Source: Candidatus Babelota bacterium
GTDB lineage: Bacteria > Babelota > Babeliae > Babelales > Vermiphilaceae
DNA: 64,000 nucleotides
Direction of reading: 5' to 3'
Assembly (NCBI GenBank): GCA_020431705.1
Contig: JAGQHQ010000005.1
Span: 1,028 to 65,027 of the forward strand
The first letter of the stretch is position 1; each line of letters opens with the position of its first letter. Both the position numbers and the translations under genes were made by a program. Below the pieces are notes generated by a model. That model had not been told where the DNA came from. It searched no databases and saw only the letters and a list, made by a program, of their open reading frames with translations. Positions 20,118-28,795 of this stretch are shown piece by piece.

Positions 20118-20330
20118 TATGTAGTTTTCAACTTTCTTATTCCATCGAATAAACATACCTTACTAGATATTCCAAATATCAAAACACTCTTTCTAATAAT
20201 CTATTGAATTTCACAATTTTTTCTTTGGTATTTTTTCAAAATTTTTATATAAAAGTTAATGCTTTTTTTCTTAGGAATAATCTTTCTTAACTCTTTCCAA
20301 AAACTTCTATTCATGTAAAATCTTTATTTT
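20118..20330 (-). mobile_element. IS5-like transposase scar (N- and C-terminal snippets only)
   Basis: The minus strand reads MNRSFWKELRKIIPKKKS... and ...KKVENYIAAIWIA, resembling IS5-family ends. Positions 20208-20257 are the exact reverse complement of 54585-54634 (50/50). Confidence 0.4.
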
Positions 20331-20449
20331 TTCAGGCAACATAAAACATGAAATTCTATAATCCATACGGCACAACACAAGATAAATAGGCTAATTGACA
20401 ATTAAACATAAATAATGCATACTTTTTCTAAAATATAGTCATTGTTTAA

Positions 20450-21904
20450 GTGGGGGGTTTGTTTATGCAAATTTTTCTTATTATAACTCGCCTTTTTTCC
20501 TGTATAGCACTGTTATTCTCAATAGTTACAAATAGTAATAGTGGACCAATTTTTCCTCATGGCTTTCTAAAAGGCTGCGCCCTTTCTGCCTACCAGAATG
20601 GTGGCCATATCAATGGACAAAGTAATTGGAGCCGTTTTGAAAACCAAAAAACATGCTTTAACTTTAAACATATTGGCTTCATACGCCCTACATCAGTTAT
20701 TGAAGGTGGTGCAAAAATTGGCCGTGCAACAGAATTTTATGATCGTGCATTTGATGACATCAAACTCCTTAAGGATCTTGGCGTAAATGCATTCAGATTT
20801 TCTATTGAATGGGCAGATTATGAAGCATCAGAAGGTATCTTTAATGAAAAATATTTAGATTTTTTTGAACGATATGTTGATGCATTGATTGAAAATGGCA
20901 TTAAGCCAATGATTACGCTGCATCACTTTGTACACCCCTTATGGTTTGAGCAAATGGGTGGATTTACTAAAGCAGAAAATATTGATTATTTTGTTCGTTA
21001 TTGTAAACGTATTTTTAATCGCTTAGGTAAAAAAGTTCCATTTTGGTGCACCATTAATGAGCCAACTGTACTAAGCGCATGTGGCTATGTACTTGGCCTT
21101 CATCCTCCCGGGCGTGTTTTTCAGTTTGGCTTGGCAGGGCATGTATTATTTAATTTATTACAAGCGCATGTACAAGTGTATAAAGAATTAAAAGCACTGC
21201 CAGGTGGCCAACAAGCACAAATTGGCATTGTGCATCAGCTATTAACTTTTGAGCCATATAAACATAACATCAATGCACTGTGCACACAGTTGAATCTTTC
21301 TAACCCACTTGGCGCATTGGTATCTCGTATTTTTACCTTTACATTTGCACATCACGCAACAAAAGAATTTTTAAAAACAGGTATTTTTGAATACAAAATT
21401 CCATTTATAGGAAAACTGCCGACATTTTCTGGGCAGATGTGTAATGTGACTGGTTACAACTCTGATGCACCACAATCATATGATTTTATTGGGCTTAACT
21501 TTTATTCTCGCGTAATTATTGGTACTGCCGGTCCAACCTGTTATTCAAACCAAGTTATGACAGATATGGAATATCCATGTGCGCCAGAGTGGATATATGA
21601 TGCAATTGTTCAAATGAGTGATCTGGGTAAACCAATTTATATCACTGAGCATGGCATTGCCGACGAAAATGATGTTAACCGTGGGCACTTTATTAAAGTT
21701 GCAATCGATAGTGTCTATAAAGCACTACAGCAGGGGTACGATGTTCGTGGTTATTTTTATTGGACACTTATGGATAACTATGAATGGAACGACGCTTACA
21801 CGCAAAAGTTCGGATTATATCATGTTGATTTTGAAACACAAAACCGCACCCTACGCACAGGCGGCAGTATTTATCGCGACTACTTCAAGTTATGCAACTC
21901 ATAG
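20450..21904 (+). CDS. Exported glycoside hydrolase family 1 (beta-glucosidase-like)
   Basis: Signal-like N-terminus. FRFSIEWA, TINEPTV (acid/base Glu), YITEHGIAD (nucleophile Glu; ENG is replaced by EHG) and YFYWTLMDNYEW are present. Confidence 0.9.
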   Translation: MGGLFMQIFLIITRLFSCIALLFSIVTNSNSGPIFPHGFLKGCALSAYQNGGHINGQSNWSRFENQKTCFNFKHIGFIRPTSVIEGGAKIGRATEFYDRAFDDIKLLKDLGVNAFRFSIEWADYEASEGIFNEKYLDFFERYVDALIENGIKPMITLHHFVHPLWFEQMGGFTKAENIDYFVRYCKRIFNRLGKKVPFWCTINEPTVLSACGYVLGLHPPGRVFQFGLAGHVLFNLLQAHVQVYKELKALPGGQQAQIGIVHQLLTFEPYKHNINALCTQLNLSNPLGALVSRIFTFTFAHHATKEFLKTGIFEYKIPFIGKLPTFSGQMCNVTGYNSDAPQSYDFIGLNFYSRVIIGTAGPTCYSNQVMTDMEYPCAPEWIYDAIVQMSDLGKPIYITEHGIADENDVNRGHFIKVAIDSVYKALQQGYDVRGYFYWTLMDNYEWNDAYTQKFGLYHVDFETQNRTLRTGGSIYRDYFKLCNS

Positions 21905-21964
21905 CATAACTTGCCCTTCGAAGCTCAAAGAGCGTAGTATGGCCAAGTGAAATCTGCCCTTTAA

Positions 21965-22222
21965 CTAATGCCGATTTTCACACTTGTATTTAAAGTTATT
22001 TTTCGTAAAAAAGCTGGCAAAAAAATTTTTACATTCTTGGAATGTCACTTGCGCAAAGCGCTTACCAAGTCCGGGAGTAGCTGTTTTTTCATTATGCTTT
22101 ATTAACGCAGCAGACTCTTTCTGCCTTCTTTTTGAATTACCATAAGACTTTTTTTCCGTAATCCCAAATATAACACCATGAAAAAGAATAATTACAAGAT
22201 AAATAGAGTATCTGCTGTTCAT
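21965..22222 (-). CDS. Hypothetical small exported protein
   Basis: The track ORF is 21965..22312. The likely start is MNSRYSIYLVIILFHGVIFG (signal-like). The remainder is basic. Confidence 0.4.
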   Translation of the reverse strand: MNSRYSIYLVIILFHGVIFGITEKKSYGNSKRRQKESAALIKHNEKTATPGLGKRFAQVTFQECKNFFASFFTKNNFKYKCENRH

Positions 22223-22342
22223 TATATCGCCTCCTGCAAAGGGCAGTTTTAAAATATTTAACCTGGGAGAAGGAGTATAGCGCCATGGCGCACAAAAGTA
22301 AATCAGTGTCATTTTTTGCTATCAATGCGGTATTTTTGTTCT

Positions 22343-22564
22343 TCAGGATGGGGGTCTTTTATCTAGCGCATCACAAACAACTTTTGCATTATATGGGTTG
22401 GGGTTAAATATCTGCCCACTAAGTACAAAAGAATTGCCAATGGCTTTTAATAAAGTGCACATGACACCCGTTTTTTCAATGGATTTTTTATTGATTTTTC
22501 TTTCCATGCTACTAGCAGTGCACACAATCAATAAGCAAAAAAAACAATACAATTTTTTCTTCAT
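22343..22564 (-). CDS. Hypothetical small exported protein
   Basis: The track ORF is 22343..22606. The likely start is MKKKLYCFFCLLIVCTASS (signal or lipoprotein-like). Confidence 0.4.
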   Translation of the reverse strand: MKKKLYCFFCLLIVCTASSMERKINKKSIEKTGVMCTLLKAIGNSFVLSGQIFNPNPYNAKVVCDALDKRPPS

Positions 22565-22748
22565 TTTTGTTCTCCGCATTACAAAAAATCCTACTGTCAG
22601 AACCATATCTTACAAACAGTAGAATTTTCTACACTTGAGAATAAAGCCACAGATTTCTTTACACACAGCCAAAACTCTGATAAAATAACTCTATTTATAG
22701 GGCATTTTTGGGCATTTTTTGCTTTTTTCTTTGTAACGGAGAATTAAC

Positions 22749-23663
22749 ATGAAATCAAAAGATTTTTTTACACGTTTTTTAGCAGCTATTTTAGTCTACT
22801 CTTTTTTTGTAGGTAGCGTATGGGCAATGGAAGAAAATATTGATGACTTTATAAAAAAAATTGCTCTTTTTCAAGCAACAGAAGAACAAAAAAAGGTTTT
22901 TAATCTACTCTCACCAAGAGAACAAAGGGAAATTGTCGTTCTCCTTTTTACAGATAGAATGAGAAGGTATACTACAAAAGTGGATGCTGATCCAGAAAAA
23001 GAGGGTCGCGATGCAGCACAGGCAATGCACATTCGTGACATAGGGCTCAGCTCACTTGAAATGCAACACCTATGGAAAAACCCATTTCATTTTTTTGGAG
23101 GTAATCTATTAAAAGGATTTGAGGCTGGCATTCAAAGGGGTATTATGGAATTGACTGGCGGCGCAATAAATCTTGCTATTACTACTGGATACGTATTTAT
23201 TCATAAAATACTAAAAACAAAAACTAGTTGTGACATAATAGCCGCCGAGCAAATACAAGATATTAACCTTATAATGACTTATCTGAGTAATCTAAGTGAA
23301 ATGAATGCAACTGTCAGAAAAATAAGAGGAAGTAAAGCTGATACAGAAAAATCCAACGCTGTATTAAAACAGCTTCCCGTTGAATATAATAATGAAGTAA
23401 ATAACTTTTCAGAGACTATTGCTAAAAGATACAAAATAAAGCTTCCCAAAAAACAGCCTATGCTTGAAACAAAAAAAATCAAAAAACCAAAGAAAAAACG
23501 TCCTAGAATAATGAATAATTTCGTTACCAACTCCTCTTCTTATTTACCTAAAGAAGAAAAACAAAAAGAAATCGATTATTTGAACTTTGATAATCAAGAC
23601 ACTTCGTCAGGAAGCTATATTTTAGAAGAAACTAATAAACAAGAATCTGTTAGTTATATATAA
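22749..23663 (+). CDS. Hypothetical exported protein with C-terminal basic NLS-like patch
   Basis: Signal-like N-terminus (FLAAILVYSFFVGSVWA). KKIKKPKKKRPR lies near the C-terminus. No domain recognised. Confidence 0.55.
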   Translation: MKSKDFFTRFLAAILVYSFFVGSVWAMEENIDDFIKKIALFQATEEQKKVFNLLSPREQREIVVLLFTDRMRRYTTKVDADPEKEGRDAAQAMHIRDIGLSSLEMQHLWKNPFHFFGGNLLKGFEAGIQRGIMELTGGAINLAITTGYVFIHKILKTKTSCDIIAAEQIQDINLIMTYLSNLSEMNATVRKIRGSKADTEKSNAVLKQLPVEYNNEVNNFSETIAKRYKIKLPKKQPMLETKKIKKPKKKRPRIMNNFVTNSSSYLPKEEKQKEIDYLNFDNQDTSSGSYILEETNKQESVSYI

Positions 23664-23684
23664 AAAAAAATAAAAATAAATATA

Positions 23685-24230
23685 ATGCTTACTTATTCTA
23701 GTAATAAACAGCTAAAAAAAATTATGTATATATTCAATATGCGTATTTTTTTTTCCGCTATTATTTTTACTATTTTCTCTTATCATCCCATAAAAACTGG
23801 AGATATTTCTGATGCTACCGTAGAGTTGCTCAAGGCATGCACTAGCACTGTTCAAAAACACCCATGCTTATTTCCTCTTATACTTGGTGCAAGTACTATT
23901 GTTACACACTATACAGTCAAGGGCATTAGTTACGTTATCAAAGTGGGTCACTACTACTGGAGCCCACAAGAAAAACTCAGAGTTGATCTGGAAAAAGAGA
24001 TTCTAGAGGGACAAAAAATACTTTTAACTAATGAAACAATGCTTAGTTTGTATCGATCATCATTGAGATACACCAAGTATAAAAAACAAGATGAGCAATT
24101 TTTACAGCAATTTGCAAAACTATGTAATAATCAACAACAAAAAATTGAAGATCTTAGTCGTCAATATTACGCTGATAAGCTTAATTTAATTGAATTTGAG
24201 CAGGAAGAAGGATTACTAAAATCAGCATAG
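23685..24230 (+). CDS. Hypothetical membrane-anchored/coiled-coil protein
   Basis: 181 aa with a hydrophobic N-terminus (MRIFFSAIIFTIFSY) and a helical Q/E/K-rich C-terminal half. Confidence 0.5.
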   Translation: MLTYSSNKQLKKIMYIFNMRIFFSAIIFTIFSYHPIKTGDISDATVELLKACTSTVQKHPCLFPLILGASTIVTHYTVKGISYVIKVGHYYWSPQEKLRVDLEKEILEGQKILLTNETMLSLYRSSLRYTKYKKQDEQFLQQFAKLCNNQQQKIEDLSRQYYADKLNLIEFEQEEGLLKSA

Positions 24231-24421
24231 AAAAAGCCTTTGTCAAATAACCATATCTTATTCTACATATCCATTAAGTTACTTTAATAAGCACCCTCAT
24301 CAAAATACCATCCAAAAGTATATTTTTTATTATTTTTTACCATTTGCAAAAAAAATTATATTTGATACCATGGTTATTATGCAAAAGAAATTATGTGTTA
24401 GCCGTATTGTAAAGGATTGTC

Positions 24422-25165
24422 ATGCTTAAAAAGCTAAAATTGTTATCGTTATTAACATTAGTAACATTATTAACCTCACATGTGCCTGCTATAGGTATGT
24501 TTGATGAAATGTATGATTCAATGAGCTCTGATTTGATTAATTTCAGTTATGCTGATTCAAAAGGACCAATTGTTCAATCTAGTCTTGATAACAATCCAAT
24601 TGCAGTTAAAACTTTCAATATTATTTATGATATTGCAGTAGAAGCTAGTAAAGATACACTTGATACAGCAATAACAAATGCTCTTTTGAAAAAGAAAACA
24701 AATATTAGTCACACATTCTTGCAATCTTGCGCAAAACACTGTGTAAAAAAATCGCTATGGCTTACTCCAGTAGCAGCAATATGCGACACAAAAAAAACGG
24801 TTTCTGGTTTGGTTAGTGCTAGCCTTAAATATGGAGTAAATAATATTTTTTCTGATAAAGTAAAAAAGTCATCTGTATTAGGTAAAACAACTAATCTCGG
24901 CAATAAAATTGCCACATTTGCAGTCACTGATACTATCATAACTGGTACATTCCCAACACAAAATATCGTTCAAAAAGTAACAATAAAAAAAATTGCAAAA
25001 GTTGCTGCACCTGGTTTCCCATCAAGAACATTTGGCTTGTTTAATTTATACGCTGGCAGCAACAACCAGCCAATTAAACTTGCGACTGATACAGTAAAAA
25101 AAGATTTAACAAAAAAAAGTGTCTCAAAAGTACGTGAAACAATAACAAATTGGTTGTTTGTATAA
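24422..25165 (+). CDS. Hypothetical exported protein
   Basis: 247 aa with a clear signal peptide (MLKKLKLLSLLTLVTLLTSHVPA). The protein is Lys/Thr-rich with no recognised domain. Confidence 0.55.
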   Translation: MLKKLKLLSLLTLVTLLTSHVPAIGMFDEMYDSMSSDLINFSYADSKGPIVQSSLDNNPIAVKTFNIIYDIAVEASKDTLDTAITNALLKKKTNISHTFLQSCAKHCVKKSLWLTPVAAICDTKKTVSGLVSASLKYGVNNIFSDKVKKSSVLGKTTNLGNKIATFAVTDTIITGTFPTQNIVQKVTIKKIAKVAAPGFPSRTFGLFNLYAGSNNQPIKLATDTVKKDLTKKSVSKVRETITNWLFV

Positions 25166-25217
25166 AAATTAGGATGTTACATGCTAGAGTTTATATAGCG
25201 CTTATGTATTTCAATAA

Positions 25218-25805
25218 ATGGAGATTATAATGGAATTCAAAAAAAAGATAATTAGTTTTTTAGTAGCTGTATGTATGGCCTCTACGTTATTTATTTCACA
25301 TGAAATAAAAACGATGTATATTTATCAGCCAGAGCCAATAACGTGGTTTGGAACATTCAAGGATTTAGTTGGACAAGGAACCAAGCAATCAGTTATACAG
25401 GGTACTATACAAGTATGTTTATTTGTTGCAACACTCCCAATATCTCTTGCATTTAATAAAGCGATAAAAAGCTTCTTTGGCCCAAGTAAAGATCAACAAA
25501 TAAAGCAAAATGCCACCTTATTACACTTTGAAGTAATAAAGGAAAAAGAACAAGCATTGCAATACGCTACACAAGCCATTCAATTACTGACTATTCAATT
25601 ACAAGAATTAGAAAAAAACAGTATAGCAAAGGACTCTGTTCAATACAAAAATATTGCTACTCAAATCATCCAAATGCAAACACTACAAAAAGAACTTATT
25701 CAAATATTGGGTAGTTTAACACGTAACGCAGCATTACAGGCATTTGAACATAGCAAGAAAAAGCTTGAAAAAAGTAAAAAGCTTATGCCTTTACAGCAAG
25801 CCTAA
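25218..25805 (+). CDS. Hypothetical membrane-anchored coiled-coil protein
   Basis: 195 aa with an N-terminal TM segment (IISFLVAVCMASTLFI), a second hydrophobic stretch and a Q/L-rich helical tail. Its stop overlaps the convergent symporter gene by 4 nt. Confidence 0.5.
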   Translation: MEIIMEFKKKIISFLVAVCMASTLFISHEIKTMYIYQPEPITWFGTFKDLVGQGTKQSVIQGTIQVCLFVATLPISLAFNKAIKSFFGPSKDQQIKQNATLLHFEVIKEKEQALQYATQAIQLLTIQLQELEKNSIAKDSVQYKNIATQIIQMQTLQKELIQILGSLTRNAALQAFEHSKKKLEKSKKLMPLQQA

Positions 25806-27115
25806 TTTACCTCAAGCACTTTAGGTTTTTTAAACGCTAAATAAAGCAAACCGAGAACGTTTGGTATCGCAATAAGTGTCAATAATACATCCAAATAAGC
25901 CCACATAAATTCAACATCAGCCAACGCGCCAACAAAAATTGCCACAACGCTCATACTTAAATAAACGGAAATATACTTATTATGTGTCAAAAGTGCAAAG
26001 CTTTGCTTACCATTAAATGTATTACCAATCACAGTGGTTAACACAAATAATGAAATCGTAATAAGCAAGATAATGTCACCTGCTGCAGGTGCGTGCATTT
26101 TAAATGCTTCATAGATAAACGTACTTCTAAAATTACCCTGCATCCAGACACCAGTAACTAAAACAAGAAGCCCTGAAATAGTAGATAAAAATGCATCGCT
26201 CATCATGGAATACATCGCAAGTACACCTTGATCAGATGGTTTTTTGGTATCCGCAATTGCATGTGCAATTGAGGAGGTCCCAATACCCGCTTCAGTAATA
26301 AAAATACCACGATAAATACCCGATCGCATTGCTTGTAACAACGCAACACCAACATAACCACCCAGTGCAGCAGTTGATGAAAATGCACTGGTAAAAATAA
26401 GAGAAAATGCCTGATAAACCGCTGAAATATCCCGCAATAAAATAAACATTGCAAACACAACATACAGTGTAAACATAATTGGTACTAATTTGCTCGCAAT
26501 TACCCCAACTCGCCGCGCACCGCCACGAAGAACAAAAATCATCAATAACGATAGAGCAATACCAATATATATCTTTGAAATACCTTCTTGAAAGCAAATC
26601 AATGCTAGCGTGTTTGCCTGCAAAGCAGACCAACTCATATATAAAAAAGCAATTACAAACATATACCAACCACCAAGCCATGAAGCAATATATTTAAGGT
26701 ATTGCATTGGCCCGCCAATAACAGTACCATCATCCATTTTTACCCGAGACTCAACCGCATAAGAAACCTCTGCGAATTTTGTTACACATCCAAAGAAAAT
26801 ATAAATAAGTAACCAAAACAACGCACCAGGCCCACCAGAATAAATAGCAACCGCTGGCACCACCAGGTTTCCCATGCCGATAGTACTTGCCATTGCAGTA
26901 AAAAGCGCATGAAATGGATTAATTGTTTTTACATCTTGCTCTTTTGTATCTGACTCCTGGAATCCTTTACGCAAAAGTTGTAAAAAATAACGAAATGAAC
27001 GAAGTTGCACAAACCTTGTTTTAAGTGTCAAAAGCACAGCCACACCAAAAAATATAACTGTTGCTGGCAATGCAGTAATCTCATTAAACCACTTAAAAAA
27101 ATCTATTAAAGCCAT
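25802..27115 (-). CDS. Sodium:alanine (amino acid:cation) symporter, AGCS family
   Basis: 437-aa polytopic protein. GGPGALFWLLIYIFFG and the overall pattern are typical of AGCS carriers. Confidence 0.9.
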   Translation of the reverse strand: MALIDFFKWFNEITALPATVIFFGVAVLLTLKTRFVQLRSFRYFLQLLRKGFQESDTKEQDVKTINPFHALFTAMASTIGMGNLVVPAVAIYSGGPGALFWLLIYIFFGCVTKFAEVSYAVESRVKMDDGTVIGGPMQYLKYIASWLGGWYMFVIAFLYMSWSALQANTLALICFQEGISKIYIGIALSLLMIFVLRGGARRVGVIASKLVPIMFTLYVVFAMFILLRDISAVYQAFSLIFTSAFSSTAALGGYVGVALLQAMRSGIYRGIFITEAGIGTSSIAHAIADTKKPSDQGVLAMYSMMSDAFLSTISGLLVLVTGVWMQGNFRSTFIYEAFKMHAPAAGDIILLITISLFVLTTVIGNTFNGKQSFALLTHNKYISVYLSMSVVAIFVGALADVEFMWAYLDVLLTLIAIPNVLGLLYLAFKKPKVLEVN

Positions 27116-27211
27116 GAAATGTTCCTTTTAGCTGTATATCTATCGAATAAACAAAAATGTATTAAAGAGAAAGTGTACGATAAGCAAATGAGTAAAGATT
27201 GAGTTTTTATT

Positions 27212-27814
27212 TTACAATTTTTTTGCTAAAAATGCTAATGCATGGCGCATAAGCTTATCAAATGGAAGTGTCGGATCGTTGTATTGCTCATTTAAATGAG
27301 TCAGTGTATTGTTAATTTCTGATCGAGAATAATTAAGTGATTTAAGCACATCAACAAGCTGATTTCGCTGCTGGACACTTTCTCCTTGGGCACCTAGATC
27401 AACTCCTTCTTCGATTAATTGAGAGATTTTATGTTTGAGTTGAACAATTATATGCTCTGCTTTTTTCGTACCAATACCATTAACCGCGCTCAGAGCGCGC
27501 TCATTTGCAGTCTGAATTGCCTCTACAAATTCTGACGGGCTCATATGAGATAAAATAGACAAAGCTATACGCGGCCCAATGCCAGAACAACTGATAATTA
27601 AAACAAAAAGATGTCGCTCTGCTGGCTTAGTAAAACCAAAAAAAGATGGGCCATTTTCCTGATGCCAATACATATAAACCTGTATGGTAATTTTTTGGTT
27701 TATTTTAAAAAATGCAGAGTTTGCCACATATAGGGAAAATCCTATAGGTCCAGAAGTAAGAATAATAGAATCTTGTGTAATGGCTGTTATGGTTCCACTT
27801 ATGTGATTAATCAT
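27212..27814 (-). CDS. ruvA: Holliday junction DNA helicase subunit RuvA
   Basis: MINHISGTITAI..GFSLYV (OB domain), tandem HhH (GIGPRIALSIL; GIGTKKAEHIIVQLK) and a C-terminal domain III are present. Confidence 0.9.
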   Translation of the reverse strand: MINHISGTITAITQDSIILTSGPIGFSLYVANSAFFKINQKITIQVYMYWHQENGPSFFGFTKPAERHLFVLIISCSGIGPRIALSILSHMSPSEFVEAIQTANERALSAVNGIGTKKAEHIIVQLKHKISQLIEEGVDLGAQGESVQQRNQLVDVLKSLNYSRSEINNTLTHLNEQYNDPTLPFDKLMRHALAFLAKKL

Positions 27815-27931
27815 GATCTTACCATACGGAATTTTTTTATGTATGTATATCCTTAATTTATTGACAAATAACCTGGTAATGATACATTTTTAGGTAGTTT
27901 TGGTTATAGATCATTATTATTTGAATTTCTT

Positions 27932-28006
27932 GCGGGAATAGCTCAGCGGTAGAGCGCTGCCTTGCCAAGGCAGAGGTCGCGGGTTCGACCCCCGTTTCCC
28001 GCTCCA
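27932..28006 (+). tRNA. tRNA-Gly (anticodon GCC), CCA encoded
   Basis: Folded by hand. Acceptor stem gcgggaa/ttcccgc, D arm gctc-agcggta-gagc, anticodon arm ctgcc-ttGCCaa-ggcag, T arm gcggg-ttcgacc-cccgt, discriminator T, then CCA. Confidence 0.95.
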
Positions 28007-28096
28007 AATCTGCATCGAGTCTGTATCTCACAGAACAATTTTATTTTACTACTATAACTTGCTTATTTGCTAAATAACTGGTATATTTTCCTTATT

Positions 28097-28795
28097 ATGA
28101 AATCATTAGTAGAAGCAGCATCTTCAATATTTAAAGCTATAGAAAAAGGCTGGAATCGTGCCGGTTGCCCTCAAGAATTTACGATAAAAATTCTTGAAAA
28201 GGAAGAAACAAATTTTTTGGGTATGACCCGTAAACCAGCAAAAGTCGCGCTTTTTTTTGTTGAAGGTCAAGAATCAAAGCCAACAACACAGTATAAACAA
28301 AAAAAACGTTTTAATAATCAACAACAAAAGCGTTTTACTGCCAAAGAAGATGAGCGCGGAAACCGCCGTATCAACCAGAGACATAATCAAGAAAAATTAC
28401 CGCATGATGAAAGGCAGCATCGTTTTTCTGAGAAACAAAGAATAGAAGAACGCAGTCGTCAAGATCAGCCGAGAAAAGACCTGCGAGGAGAAAAGCGATT
28501 TGATAGCCAACGTACAAAACAATATCAAGAAAAACAGCAAAGAACTCCTGAGCGCTCAGAAATACATCAACCAAAAGAACACGAACAAAAAAAGCCGATA
28601 AAAAATGTTGATGAAAAAAAATCTTCAAAAACAACAATGCTTTTCAGAAGTACTCATCGTAGACCTGTTGCCGGAGATAACGTTACTTTTCATAAAACTT
28701 CAACTGGTGAAAAAAAATACGTGAATCAGCAAACGATTTCTTCTAACAAAGAAAGTGATTCTGGGGACAACGACTCTAGGGACAAAAAAGAATAG
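28097..28795 (+). CDS. Jag_N-domain protein with long basic disordered tail (KH/R3H part not detectable)
   Basis: The likely start is MKSLVEAASS (the track ORF starts at 28067). AIEKGWNRAGCPQEFTIKILEKEETNFLGMTRKPAKVALFF resembles the Jag/KhpB N-terminal domain. The gene lies directly upstream of mnmE, as jag usually does. Confidence 0.65.
   Translation: MKSLVEAASSIFKAIEKGWNRAGCPQEFTIKILEKEETNFLGMTRKPAKVALFFVEGQESKPTTQYKQKKRFNNQQQKRFTAKEDERGNRRINQRHNQEKLPHDERQHRFSEKQRIEERSRQDQPRKDLRGEKRFDSQRTKQYQEKQQRTPERSEIHQPKEHEQKKPIKNVDEKKSSKTTMLFRSTHRRPVAGDNVTFHKTSTGEKKYVNQQTISSNKESDSGDNDSRDKKE

Noticed and set aside
26203-26697. Alternative-frame ORFs inside the symporter gene.
   Set aside because: The AGCS frame gives a continuous polytopic transporter, whereas the alternatives are Cys/Phe-rich nonsense.
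27861-27931. A possible sigma70 promoter (TTGACA .. TACATT) upstream of tRNA-Gly.
   Set aside because: The -35 hexamer is perfect, but the best -10 candidate is weak and its spacing ambiguous. I could not support it well enough to list it as a feature.
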